This document shows positions 16,549-25,594 of a DNA stretch of 64,000 bases, piece after piece. Under the pieces are notes generated by a model. It was not told where the DNA came from. It ran no database searches and was given only the letters and a program-made list of their open reading frames with translations. The stretch is from a virus (Duplodnaviria > Caudoviricetes), in IMG/VR virus record IMGVR_UViG_3300014204_000010, positions 1 through 64,000 of that record; one strand, given 5' to 3'. Position 1 is the first letter of the stretch; each line of letters starts with the position of its first letter. A program made the position numbers and the translations under genes.

Positions 16549-17537
16549 AGATAACTAAGGCGGAGATTCTTTGGTCAAGAAAATGTCATCTTTCCTGTAG
16601 CTTTTGTAAAATGGTTACGGGAAAAGCAAACACAGTTCCATTAATATATTGGATATATACCATTCTTCAGCTCAAGAAGCTGGGTTGTGGTTTCATTGCC
16701 TTCTACGGAGCCGAACCCCTCATTGAGATGGAGAAACTTGCAGAAGCAATCGGTTTCAGTGAGAAGATGGGTATCCCCACAACTGTCATCACTAGCGGAG
16801 TCGTTCCAGGATTCCTGAGCAAACTGCAACTTCTACACAAGGAAGGTCTTAGATCGCTAACGATGTCCTACGACATCCAACCGTATGACAAATTTAGTCG
16901 AACAAAAAGCAATGTTGCGATAGAAAGTCTGGAATACTTCAAATCCCTCGGTCATACCCGTGATGTCGCTGTAGTCGTAACTCTTACTCGCAACAACTAC
17001 AAGAAGCTTGCCGACACAATAAGGATGCTCTCCCACAAAGGTATCTGGACGCTGTTTGACTTCATTCATCCCGACAGAGGTCAACCAGGAAGCAAGTGTT
17101 CTTCCACAGATAACAAGAAACTGTTCTTTACCGAGAAAGATAAGAAAGACCTAGTTCAGGTTGTGGATGAATTGATATACCTGAAGCGACAAGGTTTTCT
17201 CCTGCATGCCAGTCTCAGCTTCCTGAAGGATATAAAGAGTCAGGACTACTGGTATAAACACGATTGGAATTGCCTCACATCAAATCTCTGGGGTTTCCCT
17301 TCTTGGGTGACCATTGATTGTGACGGAAAGGTTTATGCTTGTGATGACTTCCAACCCCAGTACAGTCCTGAAATATATGGATGGGAGATTGCAGATAAGT
17401 GGCTTGATTTTGTCTCGGAACATAAGCGTTTGGTTGCAAGTCTTTGTCCCGGGTGTGCTTGGAGTTCTCATATCGACGCCCATCTTATTAAGGTCGGTAT
17501 AGAGAATATCTCTGACTATACCCATTCAAGAAAGTAG
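16545..17537 (+). CDS. Radical SAM enzyme with SPASM/Twitch-like C-terminus, function unknown
   Basis: CHLSCSFC (CxxxCxxC), YGAEPL, TIDCDGKVYACDD, CPGC. Confidence 0.88.
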   Translation: MKITKAEILWSRKCHLSCSFCKMVTGKANTVPLIYWIYTILQLKKLGCGFIAFYGAEPLIEMEKLAEAIGFSEKMGIPTTVITSGVVPGFLSKLQLLHKEGLRSLTMSYDIQPYDKFSRTKSNVAIESLEYFKSLGHTRDVAVVVTLTRNNYKKLADTIRMLSHKGIWTLFDFIHPDRGQPGSKCSSTDNKKLFFTEKDKKDLVQVVDELIYLKRQGFLLHASLSFLKDIKSQDYWYKHDWNCLTSNLWGFPSWVTIDCDGKVYACDDFQPQYSPEIYGWEIADKWLDFVSEHKRLVASLCPGCAWSSHIDAHLIKVGIENISDYTHSRK

Positions 17538-17546
17538 GCGTAAACT

Positions 17547-17864
17547 ATGTCCAGACCAGAACGTAAAGAAGAAATAATCCGTATTCGGCAAGAGGGCTAT
17601 GACGCAGCTAAAGCCGGAAAGCATGTTCAATCTTGCCCCAGAGAATATCTCCATTCAACAAATCAGGAGCAATGGGAGACAGGATACAGAAACTACCAAA
17701 TGGAAGCAAATAAGCTGAGGCGTGAAAACAAAATAGGGAGGATAGCAGATAGGGTGTGCTATATACTAAATAATTATAACATTTGGAAGGAGTCCGAAAT
17801 CGAACGGGTTATGGTTGAATCCGAAATCGAAAGCATAATTGAAATATGGGAAGGGGAATCATGA
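17547..17864 (+). CDS. Hypothetical protein (RMF-like GY..G..G..CP....W..GY pattern)
   Basis: QEGYDAAKAGK..SCP...QWETGY. Confidence 0.55.
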   Translation: MSRPERKEEIIRIRQEGYDAAKAGKHVQSCPREYLHSTNQEQWETGYRNYQMEANKLRRENKIGRIADRVCYILNNYNIWKESEIERVMVESEIESIIEIWEGES

Positions 17865-18151
17865 GGAGTTTATGTGAAGTCTGTCATAAAAGGAAATCCG
17901 TAGGAGTGGCTTCAGTACCCGGAGTTCCGATGTCAGTAGCCTACTGTCGTCATTGTCTGTTAAACGATCTTCAGCCCATGGAAGTACTTATAGCTCACAC
18001 GGCTTGTGGGGGAGAAAGTTTGGCAACCTCAATAAGCTGGTGGAGATTACTTGTTATTCATAATCTCCTGGAACAAGGTTGTACTCTTCAATGGTTCAAT
18101 AGTCAAGTCCTTGAATATTCCGACTTTGTAAACGAGCTTATGGAAAGCTAA
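17861..18151 (+). CDS. Small zinc-binding protein
   Basis: CEVC and CRHC pairs; coupled upstream of queC. Confidence 0.6.
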   Translation: MRSLCEVCHKRKSVGVASVPGVPMSVAYCRHCLLNDLQPMEVLIAHTACGGESLATSISWWRLLVIHNLLEQGCTLQWFNSQVLEYSDFVNELMES

Positions 18152-18167
18152 TATAAGGAGGATTAAG

Positions 18168-18863
18168 ATGATTTTATTATTTTCAGGAGGAGTGGACAGC
18201 TTCATAGCCTACCATCTATTGTCAAAGAGACACAAGGTGGATACCCTTTACATTGACTGTGGTACTCCTTATTCTCATAAGGAAATAAGTGCCGTAAAGA
18301 GACTTGTACCGTCAACCATAATCGAAACAATTTCGTCTATAGGAAATAGACAGTTAGACGGAGTAAATGCCTATGTCCCGTTCCGCAACCTCTACTTAGC
18401 CATGTTTGCAAGTTATTATGCTGAAGATCGCATGATAGCTATGGCGGGATTGAAGGATGATAACGTCAGCGACAAGACACCGCAGGCATTTAAGCTAATG
18501 ACAGATTGCTTAAATCAGCTTGACCCACAACTGGATAAACCTTATCTCATATTCAGTCCCTTCTGGTCTCATACTAAAGAGCAGATTGTGGAATGGTACA
18601 TGAAAAGGGTGGGGGACAAGAAAGCTCTTTTGGATACCGTGTCTTGCTATGTTCCGGGTATTCAATATTGTGGTAAATGTCCGGCTTGCTTCCGTAAGTG
18701 GACGGCTTTTTTTTGTAACGGAATTTATGACCTCCCCGTACCCAACAGAACCCTAGCTCTTGGTTACTATGAAAGAGCTAAGGAGAAAATGTACGTCCAG
18801 GAAAGAAATGAGTCGATCATCAAAGCTGTGACAAAAGCTGAGGCTATGAAACTATGGAATTAA
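18168..18863 (+). CDS. queC: 7-cyano-7-deazaguanine (preQ0) synthase
   Basis: LFSGGVDS PP-loop, YVPFRN, SCY...CGKCPAC; no glutamine amidotransferase domain. Confidence 0.93.
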   Translation: MILLFSGGVDSFIAYHLLSKRHKVDTLYIDCGTPYSHKEISAVKRLVPSTIIETISSIGNRQLDGVNAYVPFRNLYLAMFASYYAEDRMIAMAGLKDDNVSDKTPQAFKLMTDCLNQLDPQLDKPYLIFSPFWSHTKEQIVEWYMKRVGDKKALLDTVSCYVPGIQYCGKCPACFRKWTAFFCNGIYDLPVPNRTLALGYYERAKEKMYVQERNESIIKAVTKAEAMKLWN

Positions 18864-19468
18864 AATACCTAATGTTTGACGAGATTTTCCCGGTAATATT
18901 TCCTGATTCGGTTCTTCACAACCAAGTCAGTATCAAAGGGAAGACAGTCACCTCAGCCGGTTACATCCACACAATAGTAACCGAAGAAGGTTACCTGAAA
19001 GTCCAAACATATGGAGAATCCATGGGGCTGAAAAAGAAGCCCAGCAATCACGATGCCGACATTCTAACAGAAGCTATTAACCAGAAGATGTCTTCCCTGC
19101 ATGGAATTTTAGCCGTAGTGAGTAAGGAACAAAGTGTTCTTTCCGTCTTGAGAAATGCTTACCTGGACAGAAGTGATAATCCCAGGAAGAAAGTGATAGC
19201 TGTAGACATAGACGGTACGATCACCGTAGAAACAGAAGGTCATGATTATCCAAATAGAACTCCCCGCCCCGAGAGGATTGCAATGATCAATAAGGCTTAT
19301 GATGCCGGAAATGTGATCATATACTATTCAGCAAGGTGGGGAGAAGACAAAGCTGCTACGGTCAAATGGTTGGAAGACAACGGTGCAAAGTATCACGGTC
19401 TTGTCCTCGAAAAGCTCTTTTATGATATGCTCCTAGACGACAAAGCTGTTGTTTGGAAAGAGGTATAG
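18854..19468 (+). CDS. Two-domain protein: small phage domain fused to HAD-family phosphatase
   Basis: N-half SAGY..YGESMGL; C-half AVDIDGTI, YSAR, K, LLDDKA. Confidence 0.75.
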   Translation: MELKYLMFDEIFPVIFPDSVLHNQVSIKGKTVTSAGYIHTIVTEEGYLKVQTYGESMGLKKKPSNHDADILTEAINQKMSSLHGILAVVSKEQSVLSVLRNAYLDRSDNPRKKVIAVDIDGTITVETEGHDYPNRTPRPERIAMINKAYDAGNVIIYYSARWGEDKAATVKWLEDNGAKYHGLVLEKLFYDMLLDDKAVVWKEV

Positions 19469-19474
19469 AGGTAA

Positions 19475-20347
19475 ATGAAATTCAAAATCTTCCTGGATTC
19501 CGGTGCATTTAGTGCCTTCATGAACAAAGCGACTGTTTCTCTCCAGAACTACATCGACTATATTCTGGAGAATGAGCAATACATCGAGACCTACGCTTGT
19601 CTTGACGACATCGGATCTCCTGAGAAAACATGGGAGAATCAAAGGGAGATGGAGAGACAGGGGCTGAGTCCTCTCCCCGTCTATCATATGGGAGAACCCG
19701 AAGAGTTCTTCCAACGAGTTCTTGAGTATCCTCACTTTGCAGTCGGAGGGATTGCTTCAAGCGTAAAGGGTTCTGGTTCCTTACAAAACCATCTGGACAT
19801 TCTCTTCTCCCGCATCTGTACTGAAAAGACAGATTATTATCCCTCTCATAAAGTTCATGGTTTCGGTATAGCTATTCCTCAACTGATAGCCCGCTATCCT
19901 TTCTACAGTATTGACACAAGTTCCTGGGTTGCTTATGGAAAGTATGGAATCATCCTAGTTCCTAGAAAAGTACACGGGAAACTGAGGTTTGATGTTTCCC
20001 CCTACACAGTAACGGTGTCTACCCGATCGAAAGCTGTCGGAGAAGCAAAGCACTTTCAGCATCTTCCCAAGATTGAGCAAGACTGGATTATAGAATACTG
20101 TGGGAATCACGGGATGCAGATGGGTATATCCACTTTCACCAAATGTCCATTGGGGCAAAAGTTGGAGAAGAATCAACACAGGGTAAGCAAAGGCTCCGAG
20201 GATGTCGAAGTTGTACTGGAGAAGGGTCTCATAAATGATCATGAATCCAGAGACAGAATGAATCTTATCTTCTTCTTGGAAATGGAGAAACACCAACCTA
20301 AATGGCCTTGGAGATGGTATCAACAAAAGAAGGAAGGTCTTTTTTAA
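19475..20347 (+). CDS. dpdA: DpdA-like DNA-guanine transglycosylase
   Basis: FLDSGAFS, LDDIG, PVYH, AVGG, HGFG, YSIDTSSW TGT-fold motifs; clustered with que genes. Confidence 0.85.
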   Translation: MKFKIFLDSGAFSAFMNKATVSLQNYIDYILENEQYIETYACLDDIGSPEKTWENQREMERQGLSPLPVYHMGEPEEFFQRVLEYPHFAVGGIASSVKGSGSLQNHLDILFSRICTEKTDYYPSHKVHGFGIAIPQLIARYPFYSIDTSSWVAYGKYGIILVPRKVHGKLRFDVSPYTVTVSTRSKAVGEAKHFQHLPKIEQDWIIEYCGNHGMQMGISTFTKCPLGQKLEKNQHRVSKGSEDVEVVLEKGLINDHESRDRMNLIFFLEMEKHQPKWPWRWYQQKKEGLF

Positions 20348-20349
20348 AA

Positions 20350-20547
20350 ATGATCCTCTATCTATCCGGGAACTTCCCGCAATTAGCCAAGATTGAAAAA
20401 GAAGATGCAATGATAGAATGGATGAGGGAACATGACTACGACTATCACCGTTTAATTACCTTTTTTTATAAAGATGACTGTGATAGAGTGTTTCAAAACG
20501 TAAAAACCAAACGAAAACCGACATTTATAAGGAGGAACGAGAAATAG
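20350..20547 (+). CDS. 65-aa protein resembling the N-terminal segment of DpdA-like proteins
   Basis: MILYLSG...RLITFFY; starts 2 nt after dpdA stop; ORF is real, function is inference. Confidence 0.55.
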   Translation: MILYLSGNFPQLAKIEKEDAMIEWMREHDYDYHRLITFFYKDDCDRVFQNVKTKRKPTFIRRNEK

Positions 20548-20549
20548 AA

Positions 20550-20723
20550 ATGGATCGAGAACTTCTGGACTCCCTGGAGAAATCTGTAGCCGCAGCTAAG
20601 AAGATGTACTGGTCTCTCCGGGCAAAATCAAGCAAGAGGGAAACCCCTCATTGCAAACGCGGACAATCTCCACAAATCTCTTATAGTTACCTACAACAAA
20701 TTCAGAAAGGAGTGTTACGATAA
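20550..20723 (+). CDS. Hypothetical 57-aa protein
   Basis: Hand-translated; TAATG coupling to clamp gene. Confidence 0.5.
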   Translation: MDRELLDSLEKSVAAAKKMYWSLRAKSSKRETPHCKRGQSPQISYSYLQQIQKGVLR

Positions 20724-21748
20724 TGGTAGTAAACAGGACGGAGCTTCTGAAGATTCTGGCATCACTGAAACCAGGACTTGCTAAGAAAGAGATGGTGGAA
20801 CAGGCAACACACTTCATCTTTACCGGGGATGATGTCGTGACCTACAATGATCAGATTTGTATATCCCACCCTTATCTTTCAGGAATCAAATTCTCTGTTA
20901 AAGGAGAAGAGTTTTACAAGTGTCTGGAAGTAGCTCAAGGAGATGATGTCGATCTCATTCTCCAGGAAAACAAACTCAGCATCAAAGCCAAGAAGACGAA
21001 AGCGAGTCTTTCTCTGGTATTAGATGACAGGGATAGGGTAGAGTCCCACATTTCAAAAATGAAAGCCACTATGAGTGACTGGGTTCCTCTACCGTCAGAC
21101 TTTCTTTATGCTCTGTCCTTATGTTCGTTTTCGGCATCAAGGGATTTATCCACAGGCATTCTCGCTTGTGTCATGATTACCAACAACAAAGTGTTTGCCA
21201 CGGACAGGAACCGAGTAAGTCGGTTTACCTTAGAGCAAAGTCTCAATAACACCTTCTTCTTGTTTGCCAGGGACGTTCTTGAGCTTCTGAAACTTCCCGT
21301 CACAGAGTTTTGTATCCCGGAGGGGTGGGTTCACTTCAAGACCAAAGATGATGTGACTTTCAGTTGCCGAACAATTTCGGGGAGTCTACCGAATCTAAAC
21401 AATTTCTTCAATGTGGAAGGTCCTACAATAAAGCTTCCAGACGACTTGAAGGAATCTGTAGACGCGGTAATCTTCATGACCAAAGGTGACAGTGAATCTT
21501 CCAGATTTATTGAAGTAGCTATCACTGAAGGTAAGTTGACTGTCAAAGGTGAAAAAGAAAGAGGTTGGATTGAGAAGATGGTTAACATCGACTACAAGGA
21601 TGAACCCATCACTTTCAGGATTAATCCTAACTTTCTCTCTCAGATACTTGAAAGATCAGCGAATATAACCGTCGGGAGAAAAGCGGTGTACTTCAATACC
21701 GAAAAATTCGAACATGTTATTGCACTAGTTCTTATGGAGACGGCATAA
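20723..21748 (+). CDS. dnaN: DNA polymerase sliding clamp (beta-like)
   Basis: 341 aa; three-domain pattern, FATDRNR, INPNFLSQIL; adjacent to polymerase. Confidence 0.85.
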   Translation: MVVNRTELLKILASLKPGLAKKEMVEQATHFIFTGDDVVTYNDQICISHPYLSGIKFSVKGEEFYKCLEVAQGDDVDLILQENKLSIKAKKTKASLSLVLDDRDRVESHISKMKATMSDWVPLPSDFLYALSLCSFSASRDLSTGILACVMITNNKVFATDRNRVSRFTLEQSLNNTFFLFARDVLELLKLPVTEFCIPEGWVHFKTKDDVTFSCRTISGSLPNLNNFFNVEGPTIKLPDDLKESVDAVIFMTKGDSESSRFIEVAITEGKLTVKGEKERGWIEKMVNIDYKDEPITFRINPNFLSQILERSANITVGRKAVYFNTEKFEHVIALVLMETA

Positions 21749-24330
21749 TGTCGGGATTCTTTGACCTCAGTGAAATCAGAACCGACTTCGACAGACCTCT
21801 TTGCCTAGAATGTGGATTATTCAAGACATGTCTTCATCCGTACATGCCCACCGGGGGTAAAGGGAAACTTGAAGTTCTGGAGATCGCGGAAGCCCCCGGT
21901 GAGGAAGAAGACAAAAGGAATACCCAATTAGTCGGGGAGGTCGGGCTTTACTTCCGAAACAAGCTCAAGAAGCACGACATATACTTGGATGAGGATTTCT
22001 GGAAAGAGAATGCTCTAGCTTGCCGTCCCCCCAATAACAAGGAACCTGAACCTGATCAGGTTCGATGCTGCAAACCAAGACTTGACAAAGTGATCGAGGA
22101 GTTAAACCCAAGAATTATTCTTCTCATGGGTAAATCCGCGATAGAATCTTTCTTCAAGGACAGGTTTGATGATCCGTCTCCTTCAAAATGGAGGAAGCTC
22201 TGTATCCCCGATTATAAGACAGGGGCATGGATAATACCACTATTTCATCCCTCTTATGGTAAAAGAAATGAAGCTGACAATCTACTCCAAGCTACTTACG
22301 ATCAAGACTTGGAATTTGCCATTGAGAAGATAAGAACAAAGCAGAGGATAAAAAGAGGGGGATTTCCGAAGGTAGAAGAGAACATAAAAATCCTCAAGAA
22401 GTACGACGAAGTTATTGACGTTCTGGAGGATACAATAAAGAATCCGCCAGAGTATATCATCCATGATTATGAGACTAACAGAAAGAAACCTTTTGTAAAA
22501 GACAGCAAGATTGCTTCGATCTCTTTTTCTCCCGGAGATCCTAACTCAGCTTGGGCTTTTCCTCTCAGTTACCCCTGGTGGAAACCTTCTGAGGAAGAGA
22601 CTATAAAGAAGATGTGGGGGAAGGTTCTGAAAGGACCAAGCAAGAAAGTTTCCCATAGTATGCAGTTTGAGGACAGTTGGGGACGAGCCGTTATCGGAGT
22701 TTTACCTGCATCTTGGCATTGGTGTACAATGACAGTTGCTCACATCCTGGATAATAGAACGGGTTTTACACCATTAAAATTTCAAGCTTATATTCATTGG
22801 GGAGCACCTGATTGGGAAAGAACTGTAAAGCATTACCTGGAGAATGCAAACACTAAGGGTTTTAACAGAGTAATGGAAGTTCCGTTAGATGAACTGCTGC
22901 TTTATAATGGACTTGACTCTTTGTGGGAGACCCGACTTCTCTACCTTCAAAAGAAGCTTGTTGATTCTCATTTAATGAAGGGTGTAAATCTATTCATGGA
23001 TGGTCTGATAGACTTCTCAGACATGCACATGGCAGGTATAAATGTTGATCGTAATTATTATAAGGGAGCTTTCGATGAAGTGGAATCTATGGAGAGCGAC
23101 ATCAAGAGGAAACTTCTGGAACTACCAGAATGCCAGAAGTTCTTTGAAGTATTCAGACGCCCACCCAACTTAGGTTCAGGAAAAGACCTGAGGACGATAT
23201 TCTTTTCAAAGAGCATTCTCGGTTTACCGTCCGTAAAGATGACGGAGAATGAACAGGACTCAGTAGACGCTAGCGTTTTATCCCAACTAGATTCTCCCTT
23301 AGCTCAAAGTTTAACCGACCTAAGTAAACTATCCAAGATAAAAGGTACTTATATAAAGCAGTTTGTTAAGAATATCCAAGATGACGGTAGAGTACACCCG
23401 TCATCGAATCTTCATATACCAAGATCGTACAGACCTAGCACGACAGAACCAAACTTTGCAAACATTCCTGTCAGGGACGAGAACGCCAAGAGATTATCCC
23501 GATCGGGCATCATTCCTAGCAAGGGCAGGTCTATCGTTGACTGGGATTATGGTGCCATTGAAGTGAAGATGGCAGCATGTTATACCCATGATCCAGCTCT
23601 CATATCTTATTGTAATGATCCGACTACAGATATGCACCGAGATCAGGCAATGGACATCTTCTGTCTTCCGGCAGGTCAGGTGACCAAGAAACTCAGGTTC
23701 TTCTCTAAGAACGGATTTGTATTCCCTCAATGGTATGGATCAACATACAAGGCTTGTGCCAGAAACATATGGAGAGAATGTGCTTACCTAAAGACAGCCG
23801 ACGGTATTACTGTTCATGAGTGGTTAGAATCCTGCAAGATCATCAAGAACAGGGATAAAGCCTTAGATGAATTTACCAAGCATATGAAGGGTGTGGAAGA
23901 TCGTTTATGGAAGAGATTTCATGTCTTTCAAGAGTGGAGACAAACCCATTATAAAAACTTCATTGAGAAGGGTTATGTGGAACTTCTGACAGGTTTCAGA
24001 TGTCGTGGTTATCTCGGTAAGAACGAAGTGGTAAACTATCCGTTTCAGGGTACAGCTTTCCATTGTTTGCTCAAATCAATACATCTCAGCAAAGAGCTTT
24101 TTGAGGAAGAAGGTCTGGACTCGTTCTACTTGGGGCAAATCTACGACAGTGGTGTGCTAGACGTAGTTCCTGAGGAGCAAAACCACATAATTCATGTTAC
24201 TACAGAAATAGCTACCGTGAAGATAAAAGAAATCTTCCCGTGGATCATTGTCCCTCTGACAGTAGAATGGGAAGCTACAGGAGTAGATGCTCCTTGGTAT
24301 GCAAAGAAAGAAGTCACTGAGGAGGAATAA
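21748..24330 (+). CDS. polA: Family A DNA polymerase with N-terminal family-4 uracil-DNA glycosylase-like domain and 3'-5' exonuclease
   Basis: CLEC..C, AEAPG..ED, NALACRP, HPS (UDG4); HDYET and YNGLD (exo); DYGAIEVK, KNGFVFPQWYG, QIYDS (pol A/B/C). Confidence 0.93.
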   Translation: MSGFFDLSEIRTDFDRPLCLECGLFKTCLHPYMPTGGKGKLEVLEIAEAPGEEEDKRNTQLVGEVGLYFRNKLKKHDIYLDEDFWKENALACRPPNNKEPEPDQVRCCKPRLDKVIEELNPRIILLMGKSAIESFFKDRFDDPSPSKWRKLCIPDYKTGAWIIPLFHPSYGKRNEADNLLQATYDQDLEFAIEKIRTKQRIKRGGFPKVEENIKILKKYDEVIDVLEDTIKNPPEYIIHDYETNRKKPFVKDSKIASISFSPGDPNSAWAFPLSYPWWKPSEEETIKKMWGKVLKGPSKKVSHSMQFEDSWGRAVIGVLPASWHWCTMTVAHILDNRTGFTPLKFQAYIHWGAPDWERTVKHYLENANTKGFNRVMEVPLDELLLYNGLDSLWETRLLYLQKKLVDSHLMKGVNLFMDGLIDFSDMHMAGINVDRNYYKGAFDEVESMESDIKRKLLELPECQKFFEVFRRPPNLGSGKDLRTIFFSKSILGLPSVKMTENEQDSVDASVLSQLDSPLAQSLTDLSKLSKIKGTYIKQFVKNIQDDGRVHPSSNLHIPRSYRPSTTEPNFANIPVRDENAKRLSRSGIIPSKGRSIVDWDYGAIEVKMAACYTHDPALISYCNDPTTDMHRDQAMDIFCLPAGQVTKKLRFFSKNGFVFPQWYGSTYKACARNIWRECAYLKTADGITVHEWLESCKIIKNRDKALDEFTKHMKGVEDRLWKRFHVFQEWRQTHYKNFIEKGYVELLTGFRCRGYLGKNEVVNYPFQGTAFHCLLKSIHLSKELFEEEGLDSFYLGQIYDSGVLDVVPEEQNHIIHVTTEIATVKIKEIFPWIIVPLTVEWEATGVDAPWYAKKEVTEEE

Positions 24331-24333
24331 AGC

Positions 24334-24549
24334 ATGGCCGAAACATTATGGAAACTATCCAGAAGATTTAAAGCTTATGCAGGACAAGATGTTGAGGACG
24401 TTCCTGATTCTTACCTAACTTGGTTGGAAACACAAGACTGGTTTCATAAGGACTTTCCGAAGGAAGCGTCTATTCTCAGAAAGGAATTAGAATATCGAGA
24501 CCAGTTCAATCTGCATATCAGGAGTCAGAAGGAGGAAGAATGGAACTGA
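24334..24549 (+). CDS. Small conserved protein (DUF3820-like)
   Basis: FKAYAGQDVEDVPDSYLTWL pattern. Confidence 0.6.
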   Translation: MAETLWKLSRRFKAYAGQDVEDVPDSYLTWLETQDWFHKDFPKEASILRKELEYRDQFNLHIRSQKEEEWN

Positions 24550-24836
24550 AGAAGTGGATTAAAGATCATTTCTATGTAACAGTCGGAATGTCCGTAAAAG
24601 GAAGATTCTTCTACGTCAGGGTGATAGATGGAAAGGGGATTGATTCCTTAAACATTCGTTTCCCGATATTCCTGTGGAGTAGAACTGAACTGAATTGGAG
24701 TCGGGATAGAACCATAAAAGGATTTTGTATCCTTTGGATACAAATATCTTTCTATAAATCCTTTCCTGATCGGGTTGTCGGGGTATATCTTAGATGGGTT
24801 TGGGAACTTATTAAGGAGGACTGGGAGAGAAAATGA
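24540..24836 (+). CDS. Hypothetical protein
   Basis: 98-aa aromatic-rich ORF with GGAGG SD. Confidence 0.55.
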   Translation: MELKKWIKDHFYVTVGMSVKGRFFYVRVIDGKGIDSLNIRFPIFLWSRTELNWSRDRTIKGFCILWIQISFYKSFPDRVVGVYLRWVWELIKEDWERK

Positions 24837-25012
24837 CTACCGATAGAATGGAAGAAATACGAGTAGCCTTACCTATCATACGTCAAAAGTGGGCTTATGT
24901 CGGTAATTTAATGAGCGTAATGCTCACCGAAATAGACCGACTAAGAGAAGAAGTGGTAAAGCAGATGACAGAAACCCACCAAGCCCAGGAGAATGATAAC
25001 GATGAAGACTAG
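24833..25012 (+). CDS. Hypothetical 59-aa protein
   Basis: Hand-translated; ATGA overlap. Confidence 0.45.
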   Translation: MTTDRMEEIRVALPIIRQKWAYVGNLMSVMLTEIDRLREEVVKQMTETHQAQENDNDED

Positions 25013-25226
25013 CGATGGATCAATTCTCCCAATGGAAGCAGTGGAAGCAAAGGTGCGGGAAGGCGATATAACGGCAAGATTCTACAAACAAATTCCCGAA
25101 AAGTATCTCCCGGCATTGCAGGGAATGAACCGCAAGCAAAGGAGAGAATACTACAGAAGTCATAAAAAGGAATGGGCGAGGGAGCTAAAAGCGGAACAAG
25201 CCGCCGAGGAGGAGGAAGGTCTATGA
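24993..25226 (+). CDS. Hypothetical protein
   Basis: 77-aa ORF; MNRKQRR motif. Confidence 0.55.
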   Translation: MITMKTSDGSILPMEAVEAKVREGDITARFYKQIPEKYLPALQGMNRKQRREYYRSHKKEWARELKAEQAAEEEEGL

Positions 25227-25594
25227 AGGAGTTGAAAAAACTGTATTGGCAGGTCCTTCCAGTTCTCACAGATAAGTGGAAGGGTCGGTATCGAGGTTGG
25301 CCAGAAGCTTATTACGATAAGGAGAAAGAATATATAGCCGCTTGTATATTCTGCGAAAGCAGCTATGTACCTCAGAAGGTTAAGGTAGGAGATCACACAC
25401 CCTTGACAGTTTCCATAATGGACTATAGTGCCCGGAAGAAAAATCCTGAAGGTCCTGGTTGGGTAAGACTTCGCATACTGAAGACTTTTCCGAATTTAAA
25501 GGAAGCCCAGAAGGCTGCCTTAGAAGTCCTGAGTCTTCATCCTAATCTTTGGCCTACTGCAATTCGGGAGAAGGTAGGGAAGGGAGAGCGATGA
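25223..25594 (+). CDS. Hypothetical protein
   Basis: ATG 25223 with GGAGG SD; CxxC. Confidence 0.6.
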   Translation: MKELKKLYWQVLPVLTDKWKGRYRGWPEAYYDKEKEYIAACIFCESSYVPQKVKVGDHTPLTVSIMDYSARKKNPEGPGWVRLRILKTFPNLKEAQKAALEVLSLHPNLWPTAIREKVGKGER

